A stretch of DNA of 64,000 bases from Acidobacteriota bacterium (lineage in GTDB: Bacteria > Acidobacteriota > Vicinamibacteria > Vicinamibacterales > JAKQTR01). Location of the stretch: NCBI GenBank assembly GCA_026393755.1, contig JAPKZO010000032.1, positions 151,342-215,341 of the forward strand. The letters run 5' to 3'. This document shows positions 1-9,869 of the stretch, piece after piece (position 1 is the stretch's first letter; each line of letters starts with the position of its first letter). Under the pieces are notes generated by a model that made no database searches, was not told the DNA's origin, and saw only the letters and a list, made by a program, of their open reading frames with translations. A program made the position numbers and the translations under genes.

Positions 1-2331
1 CAGATCATCGGCGAAACCACGGGCATCGACGCGTTCGACGTGGCATTCGATTCCACGATGCTGCAGTATCTGGTGGTGTGGAGCACGTGGAATCAAGAGG
101 TCAAGGGTGTGCTCCTCAATTCGGCCGGCCAGGCCGCCGGAAGCGCGTTTGTAATCGCGAACGGACTCGCACCGCGCGTCGCATACAGCAGTGCAAGCGG
201 CACGTACCTCGTCACGTATACGAGCGGCGCAACTCGCATGGCGCGTCCGGTGTCGCCTGTGGCTGGCGGCACGGCCACGCTCGGTACACCCTCGACACTC
301 GGCAACCTGAGCTGGGTCTCAGGCAACGCGAACGCCGGCAGTTCAGCAGAGGTGCCCTCGTCGAACACGTTCCTCACGACCTGGTGGGATGGCGCGTCAC
401 ACGTGATGATTCGCAGCATTGGCGAGAGTGGCCCGGTCGCCGCGGCCTCAACGCTCATCACGGAGACGGCGATACCGGAGTTGCCGGAGATCGCGTGCGG
501 GCCAAGCGCATGCCTGGTTGTCGGCCGGACATGGACCAACGCCATCTGGGCTCGTTGGGTTGACCTCACCGGCACCGCGACCACGGCCCGCTTCGACATC
601 GAATCTGGCGGCTCGAGTGCGCGCAGCATGGCTCGAGTGGCGTACAACTCAACCCAGACGACCTGGGTTGTCGCCTGGGTGCGGGACGACATTCCGCAGA
701 CAACCACCGTGGCGGCGGGCGCAGTGACGGCGGGCACAATCCAGCCGGTGGTCCCGAGCGGCACCGGATCGCAGCTCGATCTCGCGTTCAACAACGGGTT
801 GGACGCATTCGGCATCGTGGCCCAAGGCGCGTCATCGGACATCTGGGCGCAGGGCCTCGACGGGGCTGGAACGCCGTTCAACGGAACAGTCCTCACAGCG
901 TCGACTGTGCCGACCACGGATGGAATCCCGGCCCTGACGGCCAATCCGTCCGCAGGCCAGTTCCTGGTGGTCTACCGCCCAACTATCACGACGCTGCGGG
1001 TGCAACTGCTCGGCGAAGTGGCGTCCTCGGGCCTGGCCCCGTTCGGGGCATTCGACACGCCAGCCGATGGCGCAACCGGTCTCCAGGGATCCTTTGCGGT
1101 CACGGGCTGGGCGCTCGACGAAACGGGAATCGCTCGGGTGGAAATCTGGCGCGACCTCGTCAGCGGCGAGCCCTCAAGCAATGCCTACACCAGCGATCCG
1201 ACTCATCCGGCCTACGGCAAGGTGTTCATCGCCAATCCGCTGTTCGTCGCCGGATCGCGACCCGATGTCGAAATCGCGTACAGCAACTATCCCAATGCCG
1301 CCCGCGCAGGTTGGGGCTACCTGCTCCTGTCGTGGGGGTTGTGGGGCCAGGTGGACTCCTCGAGTGCCATCACCTACAAGCTTTACGCATATGGGTACGA
1401 CGTCAACGGGCTGAACACGCTACTCGGAAGCAAGACGATCACCGTCGACAACGCACACGCGACGAAACCGTTCGGTGCGATTGATACGCCGGGGTATGGC
1501 GCGACAGTGTCCGGGGCGTTCTATGGCTTCGGTTGGGCACTGACACCCAACAGGGCTTCATCCTGCTCGGTTGCAAACGGCAGCGTCCTCATGGGGATCG
1601 ATTCCGGGCCGGCTGTTCCGGTGACCTACCTCGGCGCGCGATCAGACATTGCTGCGGCATTCCCGGGCTTCACCGACTCGAGCCACGCGGGAGGTTCCGT
1701 CTGGATCGATACGACGACGCTCAGCGACGGCGTGCACCTGATTGGATGGTTGGTGACCGACGGTTGCGGTGGCCAGGATGGCATCGGCAGCCGGTTCTTT
1801 ACGGTGTCGAACGGCGCGGGTGCTGCGCGTGCCGCCCTCGGGGCGCCGGCAGCGGCCGCCCGCCGTTCAGCGCCAGCGGCCGTGGCCGTGGCCGCCGCGG
1901 CGGTCAGTGCCGAACCCCCCAGCGTCAAGATATCGGGGGGCGCCTGGCAACCGGTGGTGCCCGCCGGCGATGGCCCATCCGTGATCGAGGTTCGCCAGGG
2001 CGGCGCCATCGAGCTACGATTGCCGTCTGCCGGAGGTGGCTACACCGGCCATCAGGACATCCGTGGCGAGCGACGCCATCTCCCGCTGGGCTCCTCGCTT
2101 GACGCGGAAACCGGCGTGTTCTCCTGGCAGCCTGGGCCGGGATTCCTGGGGAACTTCGATCTGGTGTTCCTTGTTCAGGATCGCGAGGTGAGCCGCGTGC
2201 GCGTCGTTGTCAAGCCTGCAATACAGGGCGGGCTCGAGGCGCCTGACGCGGTCGGTGCTGCGGTCCCGGGCGATCGTTCGCCCGGTGCCGCTCGCTCACG
2301 CCCGCCGAAGGGGCCGATCAAGCGCGACTGA
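1..2331 (+). CDS. secreted/cell-surface repeat protein, 5'-partial (frame open to window edge)
   Basis: Frame 1 has no stop from nt 1 to the listed start at 40. The N-terminal ~330 aa show about 7 degenerate blade-like repeats (YLVVWSTW, TYLVTYTS, TFLTTWWD, TWVVAWVRD, QFLVVYRP). Two copies of a beta-sandwich-like module follow (PFGAFDTPADGATGLQGSFAVTGWALD / PFGAIDTPGYGATVSGAFYGFGWALT). No family name recognised with certainty. Confidence 0.6.
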   Translation, partial: QIIGETTGIDAFDVAFDSTMLQYLVVWSTWNQEVKGVLLNSAGQAAGSAFVIANGLAPRVAYSSASGTYLVTYTSGATRMARPVSPVAGGTATLGTPSTLGNLSWVSGNANAGSSAEVPSSNTFLTTWWDGASHVMIRSIGESGPVAAASTLITETAIPELPEIACGPSACLVVGRTWTNAIWARWVDLTGTATTARFDIESGGSSARSMARVAYNSTQTTWVVAWVRDDIPQTTTVAAGAVTAGTIQPVVPSGTGSQLDLAFNNGLDAFGIVAQGASSDIWAQGLDGAGTPFNGTVLTASTVPTTDGIPALTANPSAGQFLVVYRPTITTLRVQLLGEVASSGLAPFGAFDTPADGATGLQGSFAVTGWALDETGIARVEIWRDLVSGEPSSNAYTSDPTHPAYGKVFIANPLFVAGSRPDVEIAYSNYPNAARAGWGYLLLSWGLWGQVDSSSAITYKLYAYGYDVNGLNTLLGSKTITVDNAHATKPFGAIDTPGYGATVSGAFYGFGWALTPNRASSCSVANGSVLMGIDSGPAVPVTYLGARSDIAAAFPGFTDSSHAGGSVWIDTTTLSDGVHLIGWLVTDGCGGQDGIGSRFFTVSNGAGAARAALGAPAAAARRSAPAAVAVAAAAVSAEPPSVKISGGAWQPVVPAGDGPSVIEVRQGGAIELRLPSAGGGYTGHQDIRGERRHLPLGSSLDAETGVFSWQPGPGFLGNFDLVFLVQDREVSRVRVVVKPAIQGGLEAPDAVGAAVPGDRSPGAARSRPPKGPIKRD

Positions 2332-2358
2332 CGCGTCGGCTCCAGACACGCGGAACTG

Positions 2359-3549
2359 ATGCACATCTGTCACGTCACGGCTCATCTTCCTCCCGATCAG
2401 GCCGCCAACTCCCTGCTGCCTTTCCATCTCGGCACATGGGCCCGCGCAGCCGGGGACAGCATCGACTACATTGCCCATCCGCCTCGCACCGTGGACCCGA
2501 GCGGTACCGGAGCGACGGAATCTCAATTGGCGGTGCACGCCGCAGCGCTGCCAGGCAGCGTGACATGGGTGAAGGCGCGGCCACGATCCGGTGGAATCGC
2601 CCACGCGATTGGGCTGTCAGCCATCGCGGATGCCCGCCGCATGCGGGAGATGATCGCGCCGGTGGTAGCCGGTGCGGATATCGTGCACGTCCACAGCAAT
2701 GGCCTGCTGCCGGAACTGGCAGCCTGGATCGCCGGGCGGCAGCGGAAGCCCGTCGTGATGACGCTCTATGGGACCGAGATCTGGCACTACCAACGCCGGT
2801 GGCCGCGTCCCGACTTGTTCACGCGCGCGTATCAGTCGGCGTCTCGCGTGACATTCTACAGCCGCGGGTTGCTGGACTACGCGGTGGGACGAGGACTCCA
2901 GCGAAAAGGGCTGAGTGTGATCTATCCGCCGGTGGCGGATCAGTTCGCCCGGCCTGACAGGGCGAAGCAACAGGCGGTCAGACGATCGCTGGGGATTGCC
3001 GAGCGGTTCGTCCTGTTGAACGTCAAACGCCTGCACCCGCTCGCGGGACAGCGGTACCTGATCGAGGCCATGCCGGCCGTGCTTCGGGACGCGCCCGACA
3101 CAAGGCTCGTGATCTGCGGCACAGGCCCGCTCCGGAGCGAACTCGAGGAGCAGGCGAACGCGTTGGGCGTCGCCAGCCGCGTCACCTTTGCGGGACTGGT
3201 CGACAACCGATCGGTAGCGGACTATTACGCTGCAGCGGATCTGTTCGTCTTGCCATCGCTGCTCGAAGCGTGCCCGACCGTGGCGGTCGAAGCGCTCGCA
3301 AGCGGCACGCCCGTGCTGTCTGCCGATCATCCCGGAGGGGTTGAGCTGGCGAGTCTTTTCGGATCCGATGTGCTGGTCGTGCCTCGCGAGGATCCGGACG
3401 CCATCGCTCGTGCCATCGCTGCGTTTCTGCGCCACCCTGTCCGTGCCACCGCGGGAGCGGCGGCGGTCGTCGCGCGCGAGTTCAGCCCCGGCATCGTCGC
3501 CAGCCGCTTCGCGGCCGTCTATCAGGATGTGCTGACGGAGAGGCGATGA
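2359..3549 (+). CDS. glycosyltransferase, GT4 / group 1 family
   Basis: 396 aa. The C-terminal half has the typical GT-B group-1 signature (FVLPSLLEACPTVAVEALASGTPVLSADHPGG). Confidence 0.85.
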   Translation: MHICHVTAHLPPDQAANSLLPFHLGTWARAAGDSIDYIAHPPRTVDPSGTGATESQLAVHAAALPGSVTWVKARPRSGGIAHAIGLSAIADARRMREMIAPVVAGADIVHVHSNGLLPELAAWIAGRQRKPVVMTLYGTEIWHYQRRWPRPDLFTRAYQSASRVTFYSRGLLDYAVGRGLQRKGLSVIYPPVADQFARPDRAKQQAVRRSLGIAERFVLLNVKRLHPLAGQRYLIEAMPAVLRDAPDTRLVICGTGPLRSELEEQANALGVASRVTFAGLVDNRSVADYYAAADLFVLPSLLEACPTVAVEALASGTPVLSADHPGGVELASLFGSDVLVVPREDPDAIARAIAAFLRHPVRATAGAAAVVAREFSPGIVASRFAAVYQDVLTERR

Positions 3550-3585
3550 GGCGGGTCCCTCTCGCCCGCGCTACAATGACCCGAC

Positions 3586-4305
3586 ATGGACGTTGAGGAT
3601 CCCGGCGCGCGCCGAGGCGAGTACGCGGAACGCGGCGACTACCATCGCACCCCGGACGAACACTGGGATTATCGCCCCACCTATCTCGCCAAGCTCCGCG
3701 CGGTGAAGACGTACCTGGATGGCTTGCCGGCCGGCACGCGTGTGCTGGATGCCGGATGCGGCGAGGGCGTGCTTGTTGATGCGTATGCCGACAGGCTTCG
3801 CATTGAGGGTGTGGACCTGAATTACAGGTCGGCGCGAGTTCAGACAGGATCGGTCACCGCCCTGCCGTTTGGCGATCGAACATTCGAACGCGTGTTGTGC
3901 CTGGACGTGCTCGAGCACTTGAGGCTCGACGAGCAGGCCCACGCCTTCGAAGAGCTGAGTCGCGTGCTGGAACCCGGCGGCGAGGCACTCGTCTCGGTGC
4001 CGAATCTCGCGCACCTCCAGTCCCGCGTGCACTTCCTCTTTACGGGCCGCCTCATCAGGACCGCCAGCGCGGCCAAGCATCCCGGCGATCGCCCAGTGGA
4101 TGAGTATCTCGCGATGGCCTCGCGGGCGGGATTCACCGTGGCACATCGCCGGGGGATCTTCCCCACCGTGCCGGTGCTTACGGCGCTTGTCAGGCGCAAC
4201 CCGGTCAGACTGGAATGGCTGCACACCGCCTTGACGCTGTTGCTGCCCATTCGGGGATGGGCGTTCATCAACCTCATCTGGCTTCGGAAGAGACCCGGGG
4301 CATGA
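3586..4305 (+). CDS. class I SAM-dependent methyltransferase
   Basis: SAM-binding motif I VLDAGCGEGVL and post-I/II motifs (LCLDVLEHL, LEPGGEALVSVPN). The stop overlaps the next start (ATGA at 4302-4305). Confidence 0.85.
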   Translation: MDVEDPGARRGEYAERGDYHRTPDEHWDYRPTYLAKLRAVKTYLDGLPAGTRVLDAGCGEGVLVDAYADRLRIEGVDLNYRSARVQTGSVTALPFGDRTFERVLCLDVLEHLRLDEQAHAFEELSRVLEPGGEALVSVPNLAHLQSRVHFLFTGRLIRTASAAKHPGDRPVDEYLAMASRAGFTVAHRRGIFPTVPVLTALVRRNPVRLEWLHTALTLLLPIRGWAFINLIWLRKRPGA

Positions 4306-6284
4306 TTCGTCTGGTGATCCGCGCGGCGGTCGCCGCCGTGATTGGCGCGATTCTGGGAGTCGTGTTCGTCGTGGCGTCGTACGCGAGAAACCCCGCCATC
4401 GATCTCAACATGGATGCGGACCTGTCGGCGGTCGCGACCGGGTTCTATCCGCCGGAGCACGACGGCCCGCATGCCTTCGTGTGGACCATGCGTCGGGCGG
4501 ATGTCTCGCTCGCAGGCATTGATCGCCGCGTCAACTGGTCGTGCAGCGTGCGATTTCGAGGTGCGCGCTCGAACGCCATTCCACAGCCCCGGCTGACCCT
4601 CGCCGCAGACGGAGGCCCCGGCTCAGTGTTCGAGGCCACCAATGAGTTCTCGGAGGCCGGGATCGCGATACCGATCCGTCGCGGGACATCGGGGCTGACG
4701 CTCTCCCTGACCAGTTCATCGGTGATGGTGCCTGGCCAGTCAGATCCGCGGGCGCTCGGCGTGCAGGTGGATCGGATCGCCTGCCGCCCATCCGAAGGGG
4801 GATTCGTGTTGCCGCCGGCCCGCGCGATGCAGACGGCCGCAATCGGGGGAGGCGCGTTCGGGGCGGCGCTTGCCGGGATGGGACTGCCCGCCGTCGCGGT
4901 GCTCGCGGGCACGGCGTTCGTATCGGCGGCCCAGGCCCACGTCGTTGCCAACGGCATCTCGCCGTTCGGATCGTTGCTCAGCAAGGCCGATGGATTCGTC
5001 GTCTGGATCGCCGGCCTGATGCTCGTCTCGGCATGGCTTTTCGAGGCGGCACGGAAACGGCCATTGCGAAACGCAGCGCGCTTTGTGGTCGTGTGTTCGG
5101 CGGTGTCGCTCTACCTGAAGCTGTTGGCGCTTGTTCAACCGTCCAAACCGCTCGTCGATGCCGTGTTCCACGCGCACCGCTTCGAGTGGGTGCTGGCGGG
5201 TCGCTTTTATTTCACGCAACTCTCCACAAGCGCGACGCCATTCCCATACGCCATCGGGCTGTATTTGTTCGCTGCGCCGTGGTCGTGGATCACGAGGGAC
5301 TACGTCACGCTGCTTCGCGTGGTCGTCTGCGCGACCGAGGTGGCTGCCGGCGCGCTGCTCTATCCGATGATTGTCCGGGCCTGGGGTGACCGGCTGGCCG
5401 GGGCAATTGGCGTGGCGCTCGTGAGTCTGTTGCCGCTGTCGTTTGGCGTCGTCGGCAACGCGAACCTGACGAACGCCTTCGGCCAGTCTGTCGCGCTTGC
5501 GGCGATGGCGCTCGTGACCGTCTGGGCACTCACGCCCGATAAGCCGGGGCAGGTGATTGGCCTGGTACTCGTGTCCACGCTGGCCTTCATCTCGCACATC
5601 AGCACGTTCGCGCTGTTGATGGCCACTCTTGCGGCGACGTGGCTGTTGTTCCGCTGGCTGGGCGGACCGTCGCTCCGGCAAGCCGCCCGGTCGGTCCTGC
5701 TGGCGACGATTGTCGCAGTGCTGCTCGCAGTCGCGCTCTACTGGGGTCACTTCGGCAGCGTCTATCGCACACAGATCTCGCGGTTGGGCATCGCGACGAC
5801 CGTCGTGTCAACGCCGCCTATGTCCGAAGGTGCGACCGGAGCGAACCCGAAGCCCGCTGCCGCGGATCAGCCGGCGCTTGGCCGCACGACGATCCCGTTG
5901 ATGGGCCGCACCATGGAGGCGGCCAGGCAGACGATTGCCAACTTCGGCTGGCCTGTCCTCGTGCTGGCCGCCATCGGCGTGTGGCGGCTGTGGGCTACAC
6001 ACGTCTGTGATCGGCTGGTGCTCGTCGTCGCCGCGTGGGGCGCGACGGGCGCCGCGTTCTTGATGGCGAGCGTCCTGGGCCCGGGGAACGTCCGTTATCA
6101 GCAGGACGCCTGGGAGTTCATCAGCCGGGTCGAGCACGCCACCAGCCCGGCCGCCTTCGTGCTTGCAGGCCTCGGCGCGAGTTGGGCCTGGCATGCTGGA
6201 ATGTGGTGGCGTCTGGTCTCGGGCGCGCTGCTGTTCGGCGCCATGGTTGTGGGCGCCCGTGCCTGGCTCGCCTGGATCCACTAG
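4302..6284 (+). CDS. large polytopic membrane protein, GT-C-like (N-terminal anchor + ~150 aa periplasmic domain + ~11 TM)
   Basis: Start chosen at the ATGA overlap (MIRLVIRAAVAAVIGAILGVV). It has a GFYPPE..FVWT motif domain followed by many hydrophobic helices. Clear paralogue of the CDS at 20873-22825. The enzymatic assignment is inference. Confidence 0.7.
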   Translation: MIRLVIRAAVAAVIGAILGVVFVVASYARNPAIDLNMDADLSAVATGFYPPEHDGPHAFVWTMRRADVSLAGIDRRVNWSCSVRFRGARSNAIPQPRLTLAADGGPGSVFEATNEFSEAGIAIPIRRGTSGLTLSLTSSSVMVPGQSDPRALGVQVDRIACRPSEGGFVLPPARAMQTAAIGGGAFGAALAGMGLPAVAVLAGTAFVSAAQAHVVANGISPFGSLLSKADGFVVWIAGLMLVSAWLFEAARKRPLRNAARFVVVCSAVSLYLKLLALVQPSKPLVDAVFHAHRFEWVLAGRFYFTQLSTSATPFPYAIGLYLFAAPWSWITRDYVTLLRVVVCATEVAAGALLYPMIVRAWGDRLAGAIGVALVSLLPLSFGVVGNANLTNAFGQSVALAAMALVTVWALTPDKPGQVIGLVLVSTLAFISHISTFALLMATLAATWLLFRWLGGPSLRQAARSVLLATIVAVLLAVALYWGHFGSVYRTQISRLGIATTVVSTPPMSEGATGANPKPAAADQPALGRTTIPLMGRTMEAARQTIANFGWPVLVLAAIGVWRLWATHVCDRLVLVVAAWGATGAAFLMASVLGPGNVRYQQDAWEFISRVEHATSPAAFVLAGLGASWAWHAGMWWRLVSGALLFGAMVVGARAWLAWIH

Positions 6285-6308
6285 GGAAGGAAAGGCAGGT
6301 CAACAGTC

Positions 6309-6761
6309 ATGTCATTGATCACCGACGTTAATGCTCGCATCACGCAGGCGATGAAAGCGCATGATTCGGTTGTGCTCTCGGTCTTCCGGATGCTCAAGAC
6401 CGCGCTCGTCAACAAGGAAGTCGAGAAAGGACACGCGCTGGAAGACGCGGAGGCGCGGCAGGTGATCGGCACGATGATCAAGCAGCGGCGCGAGTCGATC
6501 GATCAGTTTCTGAAGGGCGGTCGACAGGATCTGGTGGACAAGGAAACCGCCGAACTGAAGCAGCTGGAGACGCTCATGCCCCCACCCGTCAGCGCCGAGG
6601 ACATCCAGACCGCCATCGATTCGGCCATCGCCACCACCGGGGCGACCGGCATGAAGGACATGGGGCGCCTGATGAAGGCCGTGATGGCCGCCCTGGCCGG
6701 CAACCCTGTCGATGGCAAGACCGTCAACGATCTGGTCAGAAAGAAGCTGGCGGGAGGTTAG
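6309..6761 (+). CDS. yqeY: GatB/YqeY domain protein
   Basis: 150 aa. MSLITDVNARITQAMKAHD..LSVFRMLKTALVNKEVEKG..QRRESIDQF is characteristic of the YqeY family. Confidence 0.9.
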   Translation: MSLITDVNARITQAMKAHDSVVLSVFRMLKTALVNKEVEKGHALEDAEARQVIGTMIKQRRESIDQFLKGGRQDLVDKETAELKQLETLMPPPVSAEDIQTAIDSAIATTGATGMKDMGRLMKAVMAALAGNPVDGKTVNDLVRKKLAGG

Positions 6762-6801
6762 CCGGCAGAACTATTCTCGGGTGTCGCTCGTCATAAGGTT
6801 T

Positions 6802-6868
6802 GACAGGACGGACATCGCTCCGGCCTGTCCTCCTCCCGGGCACTCGCCTCCCGACAAGGTGAGTGCCC
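6802..6868 (+). terminator. two consecutive GC-rich stem-loops after yqeY (possible terminator or structured RNA)
   Basis: GACAGG-a-CGGA-catcgc-TCCG-g-CCTGTC (6802-6829) and GGGCACTC-N15-GAGTGCCC (6838-6868). No U-tract follows. Confidence 0.25.
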
Positions 6869-6998
6869 GCCCCTTCACCTCACCAGCCGCTCAAACCGAC
6901 TCCCGGGGTTCCCGGGCCTGGAGCACCGCGAGTCTGGCATAGCCGAACCAGCGCTATCCCTCTGGGTAGTGACGATTGTGCTACGCTGACCAGCATCG

Positions 6999-8636
6999 AT
7001 GTCCTCTGACCCGTCCGCGCCAGTCTCACCCGGACCATCCCAGGTCGCCCCTCCCCAGCTTGCCAGGTCGGCCGGGGTCATTGGTGCCGCCACCATGACC
7101 AGCCGCATTCTGGGCCTGGTGCGCGATACGGTGATGGCATTCCTGTTCGGCGCGGGCGACCACATGGACGCCTTCAACGTCGCGTTCCGCATCCCCAATC
7201 TGGTCCGCGATCTGTTTGCCGAGGGCGCGATGAGCGCCGCGTTCGTTCCCACATTCACGCACACGCTGACTCTCGAAGGTCGGGAACGAGCCTGGCGGCT
7301 TGGCAACATGGTGATCACGGCCCTGGTTCTGACCACGCTTGCCGTGGTTGTGGTCGGCCTGGTCTTTGCCTGGCCGATTACGACGGCGTTTGCTTCGAAG
7401 TACGCCGCGGTGCCAGGCAAGCTCGAGTTGACGGTGACGCTGACGCGCATCATGTTCCCGTTCCTGGTGCTGGTCGCGCTGGCGGCGGCGCTGATGGGGA
7501 TGCTGAACTCGCTGCACAAGTTCTTCGTGCCGGCGTTCTCCCCGGCGATGTTCAACGTCGGGTCGATTCTGTGCACGATTGGGCTGGTCCCGGTGATGCC
7601 CCTGCTCGGGCTGCCGACTATCGTCGCTCCGGCGATAGGCGTGCTGGTCGGCGGCATGCTCCAGGCGGGCGTCCAATGGCCGGCCTTGCATGCCGAAGGA
7701 TTTCGCTATCGCCCGGGGCTCGATATCCGGGATGCCGGCCTCAGACAGGTGCTGGCGCTGATGGGGCCGGGCGTGGTCGGCCTCGCTGCCGTGCAGATCA
7801 ACCTGCTGGTGAACACGATTCTAGCGACCGGCGAGGGCACCGGCGCTGTGTCCTGCCTGGGGTACGCGTTCAGGCTGATGTACATGCCGATAGGCCTGTT
7901 CGGCGTCTCGATTGCCACCGCCTCGCTGCCGACATTGAGCCGGCAGGCTGCGCGCAACAATCTGGCCGACATGCGCGCCACGGTATCGCGTGGCCTGCGC
8001 CTCATGCTGATGTTGAATGTGCCAGCCACGGTCGGCCTGATGGCTCTGGCAACGCCGATTGTGGCCCTCATCTACGAGCGCGGGCAATTCCTGTCAGCGG
8101 ATACGGCGAACACGGCGGCGGCGTTGATCTTCTACGCGCCGGGGCTGATCGGCTACTCTGCGGTCAAGATGGCGGTGCCGCCCTTCTACGCGTTGAAGGA
8201 CAGCCGAACGCCCGTGATGGTTTCGGTGGCGGCGGTGCTCCTGAACGTGGCCCTCAACGTCGCGCTGGTCCGGGTGATGAGCTTCCGCGGGCTGGCGCTG
8301 GGAACCGCCATCAGCGCCATCTGCAACGCGGCCATCCTGCTCTGGGTGCTGCGCCGACGGCTGGGCGGCCTCGACGGACGTCGTGTCGCAGTGGCCATCG
8401 GTAAAATCTCCGTCGCCTCGGGGCTGATGGGCCTGGCTGCCTGGGGGACCGATTGGGCGATCGCGAGCGCGCAGCCGTTGCATACGCTGCCGATTCTGGC
8501 ACTGCGCGTGGGATTGTCGATCGGCGTAGCCCTCGTGGTGCTGGATATCGCCGCCCGCGCGATTCATATCGAGGAATTCGTCGAGGCGCGGGCCACGGTC
8601 GTGGGGCGGCTGAAGCGCCTGCGGGGCGCGGCGTAG
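6999..8636 (+). CDS. murJ: lipid II flippase MurJ (MviN)
   Basis: The N-terminus SRILGLVRDTVMAFLFGAGDHMDAFNVAFRIPNLVRDLFAEGAMSAAFVPTF is a near-canonical MurJ signature. 545 aa, polytopic. Confidence 0.92.
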   Translation: MSSDPSAPVSPGPSQVAPPQLARSAGVIGAATMTSRILGLVRDTVMAFLFGAGDHMDAFNVAFRIPNLVRDLFAEGAMSAAFVPTFTHTLTLEGRERAWRLGNMVITALVLTTLAVVVVGLVFAWPITTAFASKYAAVPGKLELTVTLTRIMFPFLVLVALAAALMGMLNSLHKFFVPAFSPAMFNVGSILCTIGLVPVMPLLGLPTIVAPAIGVLVGGMLQAGVQWPALHAEGFRYRPGLDIRDAGLRQVLALMGPGVVGLAAVQINLLVNTILATGEGTGAVSCLGYAFRLMYMPIGLFGVSIATASLPTLSRQAARNNLADMRATVSRGLRLMLMLNVPATVGLMALATPIVALIYERGQFLSADTANTAAALIFYAPGLIGYSAVKMAVPPFYALKDSRTPVMVSVAAVLLNVALNVALVRVMSFRGLALGTAISAICNAAILLWVLRRRLGGLDGRRVAVAIGKISVASGLMGLAAWGTDWAIASAQPLHTLPILALRVGLSIGVALVVLDIAARAIHIEEFVEARATVVGRLKRLRGAA

Positions 8637-8637
8637 G

Positions 8638-9792
8638 ATGGGCGAACGTGAATCGCTCAATCCAACCGTCTACCGGATGGCGAGCGCGCACTTCGTCGCC
8701 GACGCCTACTCCAATCTGTATGTGCCCCTCCTGCCGGCACTGATCTCCCGCCTGGGGCTCTCGCTCGCGGCAGCCGGCATGATGGTCATGGTGTACCAAC
8801 TCGCGACCTCGGTCACGCAACTGGGGTTTGGCCGGCTGGCGGATCGCTGGAATCCGCGCGTGCTGCTGGTGGCTGGCCCGCTCCTGTCGGTGGCGGTGCT
8901 GAGCCTGATAGGCCTCGCCTGGTCGCCCGGAACACTGGCGGCCTGCCTCGTCATCGGCGGACTGGGCGGCGCGGCTTTCCATCCCACGGCCGCTGCCGTC
9001 GTCAATCGTCTTGGCGGCAGTCGGCGAGGGCTGGCCATGGCCATTCACATTACGGGCGGATCGATCGGCTACTCGCTGGGACCGATGGTGTTCGCGCCAT
9101 ACGTCGATCGTTTCGGACTGGGATGGACGCCGTGGCTGGCCATCCCCGGACTGATCCTGCTCGGCTTCGTGCTGGCCGGCATGCCGCCGATCAAGCCGTT
9201 CGGTGGTCATGGGCCGAGTGGATTCCGGCAACTACGGCCATTTGCACGACCGTTGTTCTTTCTGTACGCCATCGTCGTGCTGAGAACGCTCACCTCGATG
9301 GGCTTCGCGACGTTCATGCCCGTGCTGTTGACCCGGCGGGGATGGTCGGTTGGGATGGCTGGCGTGGCGATCTCTGTCTACCTGTTTACGGGAAGCGTCG
9401 GTGGATTCCTTGGTGGACCGCTCTCGGATCGGTTCGGAGCGAAGCGGATTATTGGCGCGTCGCTGCTGGTGGCCGTGCCCTTCCTGGCGCTGGCGCCCTC
9501 GATGTCAGGCGGGTGGTTTGTCGTGATGATGGCGGTTGGCGGATTCTTTCTGAATTCCACGCTCCCGGTCAATGTGACCTTCGCCCACCAACTCGCACCG
9601 GTCAGCGCGGCCACGGTGTCGTCGCTCATGATGGGGGTGGCGTGGGGCACCGGCGGCCTCAGCGTGCCCGTGGTTGGAGCCCTGGCGGATCGGTTCGGGA
9701 TTGAACCCACACTGACGTGGCTGGCGCTGGTTCCGCTGGCCGGCGCGGTCTGCGCATGGCCCCTGCCTCAAGGCTCCGGGCATGACGCGTAA
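8638..9792 (+). CDS. MFS transporter
   Basis: 384 aa with ~12 hydrophobic helices and an MFS-like loop motif (GRLADRWNPR). Starts 2 nt after the murJ stop. Confidence 0.8.
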   Translation: MGERESLNPTVYRMASAHFVADAYSNLYVPLLPALISRLGLSLAAAGMMVMVYQLATSVTQLGFGRLADRWNPRVLLVAGPLLSVAVLSLIGLAWSPGTLAACLVIGGLGGAAFHPTAAAVVNRLGGSRRGLAMAIHITGGSIGYSLGPMVFAPYVDRFGLGWTPWLAIPGLILLGFVLAGMPPIKPFGGHGPSGFRQLRPFARPLFFLYAIVVLRTLTSMGFATFMPVLLTRRGWSVGMAGVAISVYLFTGSVGGFLGGPLSDRFGAKRIIGASLLVAVPFLALAPSMSGGWFVVMMAVGGFFLNSTLPVNVTFAHQLAPVSAATVSSLMMGVAWGTGGLSVPVVGALADRFGIEPTLTWLALVPLAGAVCAWPLPQGSGHDA

Positions 9793-9869
9793 CCCGCGCC
9801 CGGCCACACGTGGGACTGTCTCGAAATCGGGTCACGCGGATCAGGGCGGTGGTATCGTTGGAGTCTAAG

